In this document: one piece after another, positions 1 through 9,681 of the stretch | Position numbering within the stretch: the first letter of the stretch is position 1 | Layout of the letters: every line of letters begins with the position of its first letter | From: a bacterium | GTDB lineage: Bacteria > Zixibacteria > MSB-5A5 > GN15 > FEB-12 | Direction of reading: 5' to 3' | Assembly (NCBI GenBank): GCA_043811375.1 | Contig: JBDRNJ010000064.1 | Coordinates: 1 to 64,000 of the forward strand | Length of the DNA: 64,000 nucleotides | Position numbers and translations under genes: made by a program | Notes under the pieces: model-generated | The model's input: the letters and a program-made list of their open reading frames with translations, nothing else | Database searches by the model: none | Told to the model about the DNA's origin: nothing

Positions 1-324
1 CCGACCCTGGCGACGGCGGTTGGAGACGATGAGTCCGAAACACCGCAGAGTTTCCACCTGTCGCAGAATTACCCCAACCCTTTCAATCCGGTGACCACCA
101 TCGACTACTCGCTCTCAGAGCGCAGCCACGTGGAGATCGCCATATTCAATCTACTGGGGCAGAAAGTCCGGACGGTAGTCGACCAGTCGAAACAGGCCGG
201 TCAGTACCAGACGGAGTGGGACGGTCGCGACGAGTCCGGCCAACCGGTAGCATCGGGTGTCTATTTCTCAAGCATGAAAACCGGCAACTCAGTAACATCG
301 CGGAAGATGTTGCTGTTGAAATAA
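1..324 (+). CDS. 3' end of a secreted protein with FlgD-Ig / T9SS type A-like C-terminal domain (5' truncated by window)
   Basis: Frame is open from base 1 and reads ...FHLSQNYPNPFNPVTTIDYSL...IFNLLGQKV...WDGRDESGQPVASGVYF...RKMLLLK*, the typical signature of this domain. Confidence 0.9.
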   Translation, partial: PTLATAVGDDESETPQSFHLSQNYPNPFNPVTTIDYSLSERSHVEIAIFNLLGQKVRTVVDQSKQAGQYQTEWDGRDESGQPVASGVYFSSMKTGNSVTSRKMLLLK

Positions 325-333
325 GCCAAGCAA

Positions 334-365
334 TCAACTCCCCGGTCATTCGGTCGGGGAGTTGA
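334..365. terminator. Hairpin, probable intrinsic terminator between convergent genes
   Basis: TCAACTCCCCG...CGGGGAGTTGA, 11-bp perfect arms, 10 nt after the stop at 324. Confidence 0.6.
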
Positions 366-407
366 GCGGCAAGCCGCCTTTAATTCTGTGTGGGGCGTAT
401 TTTGAGA

Positions 408-532
408 GTGGCGTCAGGCGACTCTGCCTGACGCGTTTCTCGTACAAGTTAGTCTTATGTCCCGTGCGCGGCGTTCGTCCTCGTGCGCCGCATCAATCGA
501 CAATGGGGCAGACGGGGACATCTGCCGCCCAC
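408..532. repeat. Cluster of REP-like palindromes
   Basis: GCGTCAGGC-n6-GCCTGACGC at 411-434; 504-532 is the reverse complement of GTGGGCGGCAGATGTCCCCGTCTGCCCCA, also found at 3357, 3446 and 47412. Confidence 0.8.
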
Positions 533-576
533 GATGCGTCGATGGTACAGCGTGGGAGAGTAGAAAGCCGCCGGAG

Positions 577-1581
577 TCAGTTGGTCAGCACCATCCGGTA
601 TCGAGCCTGGTTTTCCCTGACTTTGGTTAACGCGGCGTTGACCCGGTCCATAGGAGTGGCTTCGGTTTTAGCCATGATGCCGTGACGGGCGGCCAGTTCA
701 AGCATTTCTCTAATGCCCGATCTGCTGCCGATGACACTGCCGCAAACGGACTTCTGCCCCACCAGCAGCGGAAAAGCCGGCAAGCGAATGGGGGTTGGCG
801 GCGCACCTACAAAGCACAGCGTGCCGTTGGGTCGCAGGATATCCAGGTAGCGCGCCCAGTCGAGTCCGGCAAAGACTGTATTGATAATGAAATCCTGAGT
901 ACCGATCATTTTCTCCAACTCGCCTTTTTCTTTGCTGGCGACAAAGTGGTGAGCACCAAAACTCTCGGCTGCCTTTTGTTTGTCGGGAGATGACGAAAAG
1001 GCGGTGACCTCGCAACCGATAGCCCGAGCAAACTGCAGCGCCAGGTGTCCCAACCCGCCAATGCCGATCACGCCCACTTTCATCGTGGCTCTGACACCAT
1101 GATTGCGCAACGGTGAATAGACCGTCGCGCCGCCACAGAGCAGGGGAGCGGCGTTCTCCGAAGCCAGCGCCTCGGGAATGGCAAACGCAAAGCGACTGTC
1201 AGCGCGGATCGACGTGGCGAAACCACCGTAATGCCCGACGCAGGTGGCCCTCTGGGCGGGGCAGAGGTTCTCCTGACCGCTCCGACACAATTCACACTCC
1301 AGACAGGAACTGCGCTGCCAGCCAATCCCCACCCGTTGCCCCGGCTCGAAGGCGGTGACCTCCGGCCCGGCAGTCGTTACGGTGCCGATTATCTCGTGAC
1401 CCGGCACCAGCGGAAACGAACTCATTTGCCAGTCGTCATCGATCAGGTGGATGTCGCTGTGACAGATACCACAGTGGGTGATTTTCACTTCAATGTCATG
1501 TGGCCCCAGCTCTTTTGGATCGTACCGGAATTTCTCCAGCTCTTTCCCTGCGGCCAAGGCGGCGTAGGCGTCTATCGGCAT
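577..1581 (-). CDS. Zn-dependent NAD(P)H alcohol dehydrogenase / aldehyde reductase (cinnamyl-ADH, Ahr/YahK-like)
   Basis: CGICHSD, GHE, structural Zn motif CxxCxxCx7C, APLLCGG, GIGGLG. Confidence 0.93.
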   Translation of the reverse strand: MPIDAYAALAAGKELEKFRYDPKELGPHDIEVKITHCGICHSDIHLIDDDWQMSSFPLVPGHEIIGTVTTAGPEVTAFEPGQRVGIGWQRSSCLECELCRSGQENLCPAQRATCVGHYGGFATSIRADSRFAFAIPEALASENAAPLLCGGATVYSPLRNHGVRATMKVGVIGIGGLGHLALQFARAIGCEVTAFSSSPDKQKAAESFGAHHFVASKEKGELEKMIGTQDFIINTVFAGLDWARYLDILRPNGTLCFVGAPPTPIRLPAFPLLVGQKSVCGSVIGSRSGIREMLELAARHGIMAKTEATPMDRVNAALTKVRENQARYRMVLTN

Positions 1582-1598
1582 GGTTATGTCCTCTTCTT

Positions 1599-2978
1599 TT
1601 ATGGCGGTGCCTGCAGGCTGTCTAGTTTTGTCAGTTCTTGTGACAGGCTGCTGTCAAGAATAGCACCCTTGTATGAGAGTGCTTCTGCAAGCGCCTCCGC
1701 AGTGAGATCAATGACACCAGTCAGATCGGCCGAATCCAGAATGGCGCTGTCCAACCGGACGTTACTCATTCTGGCTGCTCGGAGGTTCGCCCGGGACAAA
1801 TTGCAGTGGCTCATTTCACAATTGTCCAGAGTGGCGTTTTGGAACACAGCTACTGTCAGATCGGAACCAGAGAAATCACTGGAGGTGAAATCGGCTGACG
1901 TGAAATTGGTGCCCAGCGCCTGTGCTCCTACCATTCTCACGAAGCGCGCGCGCGCATAGGAGAAGTCGCCGGAGTTAAGCGTTGCCGAATCGAGAATGGC
2001 GCTGTCCAGCATCACGCCGCGAAAGACACCCTCGTCGAGATGTGCCCGGAAGAAGTTACAGGCGGTGAAGTTGGCGCTGTCACCTTCGGCTTCCCAAAGA
2101 TTGGCATCAGTCAGATCTGTATGGCGCAGGTCAGTATGTAGTAGCTGCGCACGTCGCAGTCTAGCCTCGCGCAGGTAGAGCCAATACACACCCTTGGTCT
2201 CCAGTGTCGGTTTGGAGACAAGTGACTGAAAACTGAAGTCGTAGTGGGGACGGAATGGACCAAATGACAGGAGCCAGCTGGCGACGACACATGCTGCGAC
2301 AATCCCCGCAACAGTAACAGCTGTCATCAGAGACCTTGGCAGGCCTGAGAAAATGAAAAGGCCAGCTGCACCCGATCTCCGGCGCTCCCGCAGGATGAAC
2401 ATTAAAAGACCAGCAAGCGCACCTATGTATAGGACGAACATATAAGCTTGAAGCCCCGACATTTCAGTGCGAATGATAGAGCCAGCAGCTGCAATTATGA
2501 CAGCCACGACGAGGCCGAATCCGGTGATGTCCACCACACCTCGCTGGAGTTGCCCGATGAATCCCGGTTCCGGATCGGCGGCAATGTTGATCATCCAGGG
2601 GTACAGGCGACGCTTCGGCACCGGCTGGTACTCTGCCTCAAGCTGAGCCACCAGTCCACCTATCCTGCCAACGTACAACTGGTAGTAGATATACAGAAAA
2701 GGGACCACCAGAGAGGCAAGTATATAGAAACCGGTGAGAGGAACACCTATCCCCTGATTGGGCATCATGATGTTTTCGTTGAGCAAAAGCTGCCGGTCGC
2801 TGACGCTGACGATCATGATGCCGGTATATAGGGCCAGTGAGATGTAGGCGAAGTAGATGCGACGGGCGAGTTTGGAAGCCTCGGCTATGTTGTCAAACAA
2901 CCAGTCGGGTGCTTCCGTCTTTTCGTCATCTGGAACAGGCGTTTGTTCTTTTTCAGGTTTCTGGTCGTCGTCAGCCAT
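1599..2978 (-). CDS. Membrane protein with C-terminal pentapeptide repeats
   Basis: About 5 hydrophobic segments followed by many A(D/N)Lxx-type pentapeptides (TDLTD ANLWE, ANFTA, ADFTS, ANLRA). Confidence 0.88.
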   Translation of the reverse strand: MADDDQKPEKEQTPVPDDEKTEAPDWLFDNIAEASKLARRIYFAYISLALYTGIMIVSVSDRQLLLNENIMMPNQGIGVPLTGFYILASLVVPFLYIYYQLYVGRIGGLVAQLEAEYQPVPKRRLYPWMINIAADPEPGFIGQLQRGVVDITGFGLVVAVIIAAAGSIIRTEMSGLQAYMFVLYIGALAGLLMFILRERRRSGAAGLFIFSGLPRSLMTAVTVAGIVAACVVASWLLSFGPFRPHYDFSFQSLVSKPTLETKGVYWLYLREARLRRAQLLHTDLRHTDLTDANLWEAEGDSANFTACNFFRAHLDEGVFRGVMLDSAILDSATLNSGDFSYARARFVRMVGAQALGTNFTSADFTSSDFSGSDLTVAVFQNATLDNCEMSHCNLSRANLRAARMSNVRLDSAILDSADLTGVIDLTAEALAEALSYKGAILDSSLSQELTKLDSLQAPP

Positions 2979-3044
2979 GCAGTGCTATCTCAGTACCAAA
3001 TTTCAGTTTCCCCGCCATCTATTGTCTCCCCATTCCCATCAAAA

Positions 3045-3116
3045 TACCCCCGTCAGGAATCGAACCTGAATTACCGGCTCCGGAGGCCGGTGCGTTATCC
3101 GTTACACCACGGGGGC
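3045..3116 (-). tRNA. tRNA-Arg(CCG), CCA not encoded
   Basis: Reverse complement folds as a cloverleaf: acceptor GCCCCCG/CGGGGGT, anticodon arm CCGGC-CTCCGGA-GCCGG, T arm with GGTTCGATTCC. Confidence 0.96.
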
Positions 3117-3191
3117 AGACAAGTCTGTTTTATTAGCCCGATTTACAGGCAAGTCTGTTTTGTGGCTTCACCAAAAGGGCAGTCGAAAGAT

Positions 3192-3474
3192 GTCGGAACC
3201 GCCCTTCGACAAGCTCAGGACAGGCAGGGGTTCCGACCTACAATAACTCGTAGGAAAGGCAAAGCCATTCGTCAGGCCGATCTATAAATAAGCTTCGGGG
3301 CGGTCGAAGGCAACAGATATTTGACGGCGGATCATGTTAACCGTGCGTAGCTCGAAGGGCAGATGTGGACATCTGCCGCCCACAAGATAAGTCTCAACCC
3401 CAAACAAGTTTGTGGTTGCCACCCGGCCGCGGCTACACACACCGATGGGGCAGACGGGGACGTCTGCCGCCCAC
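3192..3474. repeat. Cluster of REP-like palindromes between the tRNA and proS
   Basis: GTAG-type palindrome 3192-3241 (GTCGGAACC...GGTTCCGACCTAC); GTGG-type copies at 3357-3383 and 3446-3474. Confidence 0.8.
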
Positions 3475-3690
3475 AGAGTGATGCCACTGTCTCCGTTAAT
3501 CAGCTATGCCCCCATACGGCGTCAGGTAAAAGCCACTTGTGGCCGAATGGCGGTAGGCAAGAGCCACTTGTGGCCGTTTTTTGGTTGCTATTGGTATCGC
3601 ACCCAATATCTTATCAGATTCGCATTCGAACCGATATAGTGAATGCCATCGTGAGGGAATGCGAGCGATTGAAACAACAAGGATAAGAGA

Positions 3691-5409
3691 ATGCGCTGGA
3701 GTGAAACCTATATTCCGACACTGAGAGAAAACCAGGCCGAGGCCGAACTGATCTCACACCAACTGCTGCTGCGCGGAGGCTATATCCGCAAACTGGCTTC
3801 CGGTATTTATCTCTACCTGCCGCTGATGCAGCGGGTGATCGAGAGGTTTGCCAATATCGTCCGCGAGGAAATGAACCGCTCGGGCGCGCTGGAAATCACA
3901 ATGTCAGTTCTCTGCCCGGCTGAACTGTGGCAGAAATCAGGGCGTTACGATACGGTCGGCAAAGAGCAGATGCGGCTCAAGGACCGCCATCAGCACGATA
4001 TGGTGCTGTGCGGAACCCACGAAGAAACAGTGACTTACCTGCTGGCAGGTGAAGTAAGAAGTTACCGCCAGATGCCGCTCAACCTGTACCAGATCCAGGT
4101 AAAGTTCCGCGACGAGATCCGGCCCCGTTTCGGCCTTATGCGTGGCCGTGAGTTTATCATGAAGGACGCTTATACTTTCGACGCCAATGAGGAATCGTTT
4201 GATAAATCATATCAGAAGATGGTTGATGCCTATTTCCGCATCTTCAAGCAGGCCGGGCTGGATACGGTCAAGGTTGAGTCCGACGCCACCTCTATGGGAG
4301 GCAAAGCGGCACACGAGTTTATGCTGTTGGTGGATACCGCAGGGGGAGAGGAAACGATCATTTCCTGCGAAAAATGCGACTACGCCGCCAATGTCGAAAA
4401 GGCCGAGTTCAGCGATCTAACTGATTTGACTACTGATACTGAGATGAAACCATCGAAGCCGGTCGACACACCCGGTGCGGCGACAATCGAGGAAGTGACG
4501 GCTTTTCTCAAGGTCGACGCCACCCGGCTGGTCAAAACACTGATCTGTATGGCCGACGGCAAACCGGCGGCAGCGCTGGTTCGTGGCGATCGCGACCTCA
4601 ACCCATCCAAGCTGGCTAACGTGCTCAAAGCAGCGGAACTGGAGATGGCCGATGCCGAACAGGTAGAGCGATTTACCTCGGCCCCGGTCGGTTTTGCCGG
4701 CCCGGTCGGACTCAAGGATATGCCGATCATTGTCGATCCATTGGTGGCCCGGATGAAGAATTTCATTGTCGGCGCCAATGCCAACGAAAAGCATATTATC
4801 GATGTCAACCCGGGACGGGATTTTAAGGCCACTGAGACGGTCAACATATCATTGGCCCGCGAAGGTGACGGCTGCCCCAAGTGTGACGGGCAGCTTATTT
4901 CGCGCCGGGGAATTGAGGTCGGCAATACCTTCATGCTGGGGACCAAGTATTCCGAGACGATGGGAGCCAAGTTCCTTGACGCTGATGGCGTCGAGCAGCC
5001 GATTCTGATGGGTTCATACGGTATCGGTATTACGCGCACGCCGCAGGCGGCACTGGAGCGCTACCATGACGACAAGGGGATCATCTGGCCGAAGAATATC
5101 GCCCCTTACCTGGTGGAACTGATTCCGATCAATATGGAAAACGACGCCCAGGTTGAGGCCGCTGAGAAGGTGTACCGGGCTCTGACAGCGGCCGGGATGG
5201 ACGTTTTATATGACGACCGGTCGGAGAGGGCTGGAGTCAAGTTCAACGATGCCGACCTGGTTGGTCTGCCGATCCGTATCACTATAGGTGATAAGTCGTT
5301 AAAACAGGGCAAGATAGAGTTAAAAGCCCGAGGTGAGCAACAAGTTGATTTGGTTGCTGTTGAGAACATAATCGCTGCTGTTGAGGAGCTGGCGGCAAGA
5401 CTCAATTGA
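3691..5409 (+). CDS. proS: Proline--tRNA ligase (bacterial type with INS editing domain)
   Basis: FRDEIRPRFGLMRGREFIMKDAY, editing insertion, MGSYGIG, C-terminal anticodon domain GVKFNDADLVG. Confidence 0.98.
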   Translation: MRWSETYIPTLRENQAEAELISHQLLLRGGYIRKLASGIYLYLPLMQRVIERFANIVREEMNRSGALEITMSVLCPAELWQKSGRYDTVGKEQMRLKDRHQHDMVLCGTHEETVTYLLAGEVRSYRQMPLNLYQIQVKFRDEIRPRFGLMRGREFIMKDAYTFDANEESFDKSYQKMVDAYFRIFKQAGLDTVKVESDATSMGGKAAHEFMLLVDTAGGEETIISCEKCDYAANVEKAEFSDLTDLTTDTEMKPSKPVDTPGAATIEEVTAFLKVDATRLVKTLICMADGKPAAALVRGDRDLNPSKLANVLKAAELEMADAEQVERFTSAPVGFAGPVGLKDMPIIVDPLVARMKNFIVGANANEKHIIDVNPGRDFKATETVNISLAREGDGCPKCDGQLISRRGIEVGNTFMLGTKYSETMGAKFLDADGVEQPILMGSYGIGITRTPQAALERYHDDKGIIWPKNIAPYLVELIPINMENDAQVEAAEKVYRALTAAGMDVLYDDRSERAGVKFNDADLVGLPIRITIGDKSLKQGKIELKARGEQQVDLVAVENIIAAVEELAARLN

Positions 5410-5421
5410 GCCATAATTCAG

Positions 5422-5482
5422 TTGCATCATCGGAGTGGAGAAGCTATATTTTTAGGTTCGGGTGGGCATCGGCCCACTCTTT
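5422..5482 (+). promoter_or_regulatory. Sigma70-like promoter and leader hairpin of the rimP-nusA-infB operon
   Basis: TTGCAT-17bp-TATATT (5422-5450), then hairpin GGGTGGGC-ATCG-GCCCACTC followed by TTT. Confidence 0.55.
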
Positions 5483-5496
5483 GTGTATTGAGCAAT

Positions 5497-5943
5497 ATGT
5501 TTGAGGATACTAAACAAAAAGTCGCCGACCTCGTCGAGGAGCCGTTGCGACAAGAAAGCTGCGAACTGGTGGAAGTGGTTCTGTCGCGGTACCGCAACCG
5601 GTGGAACCTGAAACTGTTCATATACTCGGAAGCCGGGACGACTATCGATGAGTGCACCCGCATCTCACGGCTGGTGGCCGATATCATCGACGGCACCTCG
5701 CTGTTTGAATCCGGCTACACGTTAGAGGTGTCATCGCCGGGTCTGGATCGTCCCCTGAAGACGGCTTGCGATTTCAGGTGCCGTGTGGGGGAGACGGTCA
5801 GGATCGATTATGCCGACCCTCAGGCAGAACCGGACACGGCAGAAATCGTAGCGGCAACTGACAAGGGAGTCCGATTTAGAAGCGACCGGGACACTTTTGA
5901 AGTGGAACTGGCAGCAATAAAGAAAGCAACTATCGTATTTTAG
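5497..5943 (+). CDS. rimP: Ribosome maturation factor RimP
   Basis: YTLEVSSPGLDRPL motif; upstream of nusA; start placed at ATG 5497. Confidence 0.95.
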   Translation: MFEDTKQKVADLVEEPLRQESCELVEVVLSRYRNRWNLKLFIYSEAGTTIDECTRISRLVADIIDGTSLFESGYTLEVSSPGLDRPLKTACDFRCRVGETVRIDYADPQAEPDTAEIVAATDKGVRFRSDRDTFEVELAAIKKATIVF

Positions 5944-5957
5944 GTGGGAAGAGACCC

Positions 5958-7400
5958 ATGCCATTTGACATGACGGAAGCGATCACTCTGATCGCGCGCG
6001 AGAAGAATATTGATTTCGACACCGTACTTGAGACGCTGCAGCAGAGCCTGCTGGCAGCCGCCAAGAAGAAGTACGATTTCACTGAAAACATCTCCTTCAG
6101 GTTCGACCGCAAGGCCAACGAACTGTTGATGATTGCAGAGAAAAAGGTGGTGGCCGAAATCGCCGATGCCAATATCGAGATTACGTTGCAGGAAGCCCGG
6201 GAGATAGCCCCTGAAGCGGAAATTGGCGACGACCTTGACATTTACATCGACTATGAGATTGAGTTCGGTCGTAATGCCATCGCATCAGCCAAACAGATGC
6301 TGATTCAGAAGATACGAGAAGCTGAGCGGGATCGTATCTATGATGAGTTCATCGACAAGGTGGGCACGCTGGCGACAGGTGTCGTGCAGCAGATCGACAA
6401 GGGCAATGTCATTGTCAATCTTGGTCGCGGCGAGGGTATTCTGCCCATCAGGGAGCAGATACCACGCGAGAAGTTTCGCCAGGGTGATCGCGTTCGGGCT
6501 TTCATTCTTGACGTCCAGAAATCAATGCGCGGTCCACAGATTATCCTTTCCCGGGTCAGCAACGAGTTCGTACGCGCTCTGTTTGCGCTGGAAGTACCGG
6601 AGATTTACGAGAAAATCATTGAGATCAAAGAGATTGCTCGCGAACCCGGAGAGCGCGCCAAGATTGCCGTTTCATCATCCGATGATCGCATCGATCCGGT
6701 GGGAGCTTGTGTGGGGATCAAGGGAGTGCGGGTGCAGTCAATTGTCCGTGAGTTGAATAATGAGCGCATTGATATCGTACCTTACTCGGGCAACCCGGAG
6801 ATGTTCGTTACCCGGGCTCTGGCTCCCGCAAAAGTCGTTCATATTGATCTTAACGTAACCGAGCAGTCTATGACAGTAGCCGTGGAAGATGAGAAATTGT
6901 CGCTGGCGATCGGTCGCAACGGACAAAATGCCCGGCTGGCATCGAAATTGACCGGTTGGAAGGTAAGCATCACATCGGAAACCGAGTACAACGATTCCCG
7001 ACGTCGGGATGCGGAGATGCTGATACCGGTCAGCCAGTTGGAGGGAATCGGCTCCAAGATCCAGGAACGGTTAGCCGAGATAGACATCAGTTCAGTGCAA
7101 AGACTGGCCCAGGCAACGGTGGAGACATTGACCAAAATAGAGGGCATAGGTCCCAAAACAGCCGAGAACCTCATCCGGCTGGCCGGGAAAGTAGCCCAGG
7201 AGGCCAAGGAGGAGTATCTCAAACGCGAGCATGAAGCCGAGAAGGATATTAAAAAGGGTGCGGCAGCGGAAGACAAGCTCACCGTTAATGACGTCTTCGA
7301 AACCGACGAGGAATATGTTACGGAAGCCGATGACGTGCGCGAGGTAACCGCGCCCGACCTGAAGGATGTTGAAGATGAAGAGGTCCGGGAAACGGAATAG
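5958..7400 (+). CDS. nusA: Transcription factor NusA
   Basis: S1 and KH domains, AREPGERAKIAV, IDPVGACVG, SLAIGRNGQNARLA, C-terminal HhH and acidic tail. Confidence 0.98.
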   Translation: MPFDMTEAITLIAREKNIDFDTVLETLQQSLLAAAKKKYDFTENISFRFDRKANELLMIAEKKVVAEIADANIEITLQEAREIAPEAEIGDDLDIYIDYEIEFGRNAIASAKQMLIQKIREAERDRIYDEFIDKVGTLATGVVQQIDKGNVIVNLGRGEGILPIREQIPREKFRQGDRVRAFILDVQKSMRGPQIILSRVSNEFVRALFALEVPEIYEKIIEIKEIAREPGERAKIAVSSSDDRIDPVGACVGIKGVRVQSIVRELNNERIDIVPYSGNPEMFVTRALAPAKVVHIDLNVTEQSMTVAVEDEKLSLAIGRNGQNARLASKLTGWKVSITSETEYNDSRRRDAEMLIPVSQLEGIGSKIQERLAEIDISSVQRLAQATVETLTKIEGIGPKTAENLIRLAGKVAQEAKEEYLKREHEAEKDIKKGAAAEDKLTVNDVFETDEEYVTEADDVREVTAPDLKDVEDEEVRETE

Positions 7401-7461
7401 AATGCACGTTAGGCCGAGTAGTGCCCGGATTTCGGTCACTCGGCAATGAAGTGGGAGACAA

Positions 7462-9669
7462 ATGGCCAAAAAACGGATATATGAATTAGCCAAGGACTTT
7501 AAGATTTCCTCGGCCGCCATGGTGAACGTTCTGCGCGAACTTAAGTTCCAGCCCAAGTCGCATATGTCGGTTGCAACCACGCCAATGATTGAGGCGATCA
7601 CGGAGAAGTTTGCCCAGAAGAAAAAAGAAGCCAAGAAGGAAATGGCTCAGCGGGAGCAGGTCAAGGAGGCGGTGGATCGCCGCACCACCCGGATTGGCGG
7701 TATCAAGGTAGATGACTCCCGTTCGGCAGTGGCCGGTCTCATGCGCCGAATAGAGAAGAAGCAAAAGAAGAAAATCCGCCGCAAGCGCAAGAACCGTCAG
7801 ACTGTGGACCGGACCGAAGTATCAAAAAGTTTCCGCTCGGTGATGGCTCATCTGAGTAAGGGTAAAACCAAGAGAAAATACAAGCACTCATCGGGGCTAT
7901 CTGCCGATGGCCAGGCCGGCGCCGAAAATGTCCTTGAAATCAACGAATTCATGTCAGTCGCGGAGTTGGCCGGACAAATGGACCGCAAGCCGGCCGAAGT
8001 GATCGCCAAGCTGTTCGAGATGGGCATGATGGCTACCATTAATCAGCGTCTCGATATGGACACTATCGAGATGGTAGCCGCCGAATTCGGATATGACATC
8101 CAACAGGTAGCCGACGTGGGCGAGATCGCCCGGGAAGGTGAGACTGAGGAACACCTTTCCCAGCGAGCTCCGGTGGTTACTATCATGGGACACGTCGATC
8201 ACGGCAAGACATCGCTGCTGGATTATATTCGCAAGACTAATGTGGTCGCCAGTGAAGCCGGCGCCATTACGCAGCATATCGGAGCCTACAAGGTAATCCA
8301 CGGCAACGGTAGCATAACGTTTCTGGACACCCCCGGTCATGAGGCTTTCACGGCCATGCGTGCTCGTGGTTCTCAGATCACAGACATCGTCGTTTTACTG
8401 GTTGCCGCTGATGACGGTGTACAACCACAGACGATTGAAGCCATCGACCACGCCCGGGCGGCCAACGTGCCGATTATCGTCGCCATCAGCAAGATCGATA
8501 AGCCTAATGCCAATCCCGACAATGTGCGCACGCAGTTGTCGGGGTACAACCTGCTCTCGGAGGAATGGGGCGGCAAGAACATAATGGTGGAGGCCTCGGC
8601 CAAGACCGGCACCGGAATCAACAAGTTACTGGAGATGATTCTGCTGCAGGCTGAAATCATGGATCTCAAGGCCGACCCGACCATACGCGGCCAGGGGGTG
8701 GTGATCGATGCTCGTCTGGAGAGGGGGCGGGGACCCGTCGCAACAGTGCTGATCCAGAGAGGCACCGCCCGAGTAGGTGATTCTGTGGTAGCCGGTACTT
8801 CATATGGCCACATACGGACTATTATCAACGATCGAGATATTCAGATGCAATCTGTCGACCCGGCCACACCCGCTCAGATCAGTGGTCTCAATAATGTGCC
8901 GCAGGCCGGTGACAGCTTCATGGTGGTACAGCACGACCAGGAAGCCAAGGAAATCGCCATCAAGAGAAGCCAGATCAAGAGGGAACAGGATATTCGTCGC
9001 ATCCACGGCGGTGTTTCTCTCGACAAGTTGTTCGCTCGTATCAAGGAAGGTCAGATAAAATCCCTCAACCTGATTATCAAGGGTGACGTTGACGGCTCAG
9101 TCGAGGCGTTGGCTGATATCCTGGGTAAAATAGAAACGGATGAGGTCAAAACCAACATCATTCATAAAGGTGTGGGTACCGTCACCGAATCCGACGTGCT
9201 GCTGGCAGCGGCGTCAGGAGCCTGCATCGTCAGTTTCAACATCAGTGTGGATTCGCGCGTCCGGGAAATAGCCAAACAGGAACACGTTGATATTCGCTCC
9301 TACGATATCATCTACGAGGCCGAAAGCGATATCAAGAAGGCGCTGTCCGGAATGCTGTCCCCGACGGTGACAGAGAATGTGATCGGCGTTGCCGAGGTAC
9401 GCAATCTGTTCCGTATCCCTCGACAGGGGACGATAGCCGGCAGCTATGTGCGTGAGGGTCTGGTCAACCGTAGTCATCGGGCCCGGCTGATTCGGGATGG
9501 CCGCATTATCTATACGGGCAATCTGGGGTCTCTGAGACGTTTCAAGGATGATGTGAAAGAGGTCAAAGAGGGCTTTGAATGCGGTATCGCCATAGAAAAC
9601 TATAATGACATCAAGGTGGGAGATGTCATTGAGACTATCGAGATTTTGGAGGAGGCGCGTACACTGTAG
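7462..9669 (+). CDS. infB: Translation initiation factor IF-2
   Basis: GHVDHGKTSLLD, DTPGHEAF, SLRRFKDDVKEV. Confidence 0.98.
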   Translation: MAKKRIYELAKDFKISSAAMVNVLRELKFQPKSHMSVATTPMIEAITEKFAQKKKEAKKEMAQREQVKEAVDRRTTRIGGIKVDDSRSAVAGLMRRIEKKQKKKIRRKRKNRQTVDRTEVSKSFRSVMAHLSKGKTKRKYKHSSGLSADGQAGAENVLEINEFMSVAELAGQMDRKPAEVIAKLFEMGMMATINQRLDMDTIEMVAAEFGYDIQQVADVGEIAREGETEEHLSQRAPVVTIMGHVDHGKTSLLDYIRKTNVVASEAGAITQHIGAYKVIHGNGSITFLDTPGHEAFTAMRARGSQITDIVVLLVAADDGVQPQTIEAIDHARAANVPIIVAISKIDKPNANPDNVRTQLSGYNLLSEEWGGKNIMVEASAKTGTGINKLLEMILLQAEIMDLKADPTIRGQGVVIDARLERGRGPVATVLIQRGTARVGDSVVAGTSYGHIRTIINDRDIQMQSVDPATPAQISGLNNVPQAGDSFMVVQHDQEAKEIAIKRSQIKREQDIRRIHGGVSLDKLFARIKEGQIKSLNLIIKGDVDGSVEALADILGKIETDEVKTNIIHKGVGTVTESDVLLAAASGACIVSFNISVDSRVREIAKQEHVDIRSYDIIYEAESDIKKALSGMLSPTVTENVIGVAEVRNLFRIPRQGTIAGSYVREGLVNRSHRARLIRDGRIIYTGNLGSLRRFKDDVKEVKEGFECGIAIENYNDIKVGDVIETIEILEEARTL

Positions 9670-9681
9670 CGCGGGCATCCC

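Noticed and set aside
362..685. Short ORFs sharing the peptide MGQTGTSAAH (also 3412-3639 and 47288-47614)
   Set aside because: They are translations of the non-coding REP repeat, not a protein family.
577..3116. Genomic island integrated at tRNA-Arg
   Set aside because: No integrase and no duplicated tRNA 3' end seen in the window.
334..3576. CRISPR array from the palindromic repeats
   Set aside because: Copies are dispersed and irregularly spaced, with no repeat-spacer periodicity and no cas genes.
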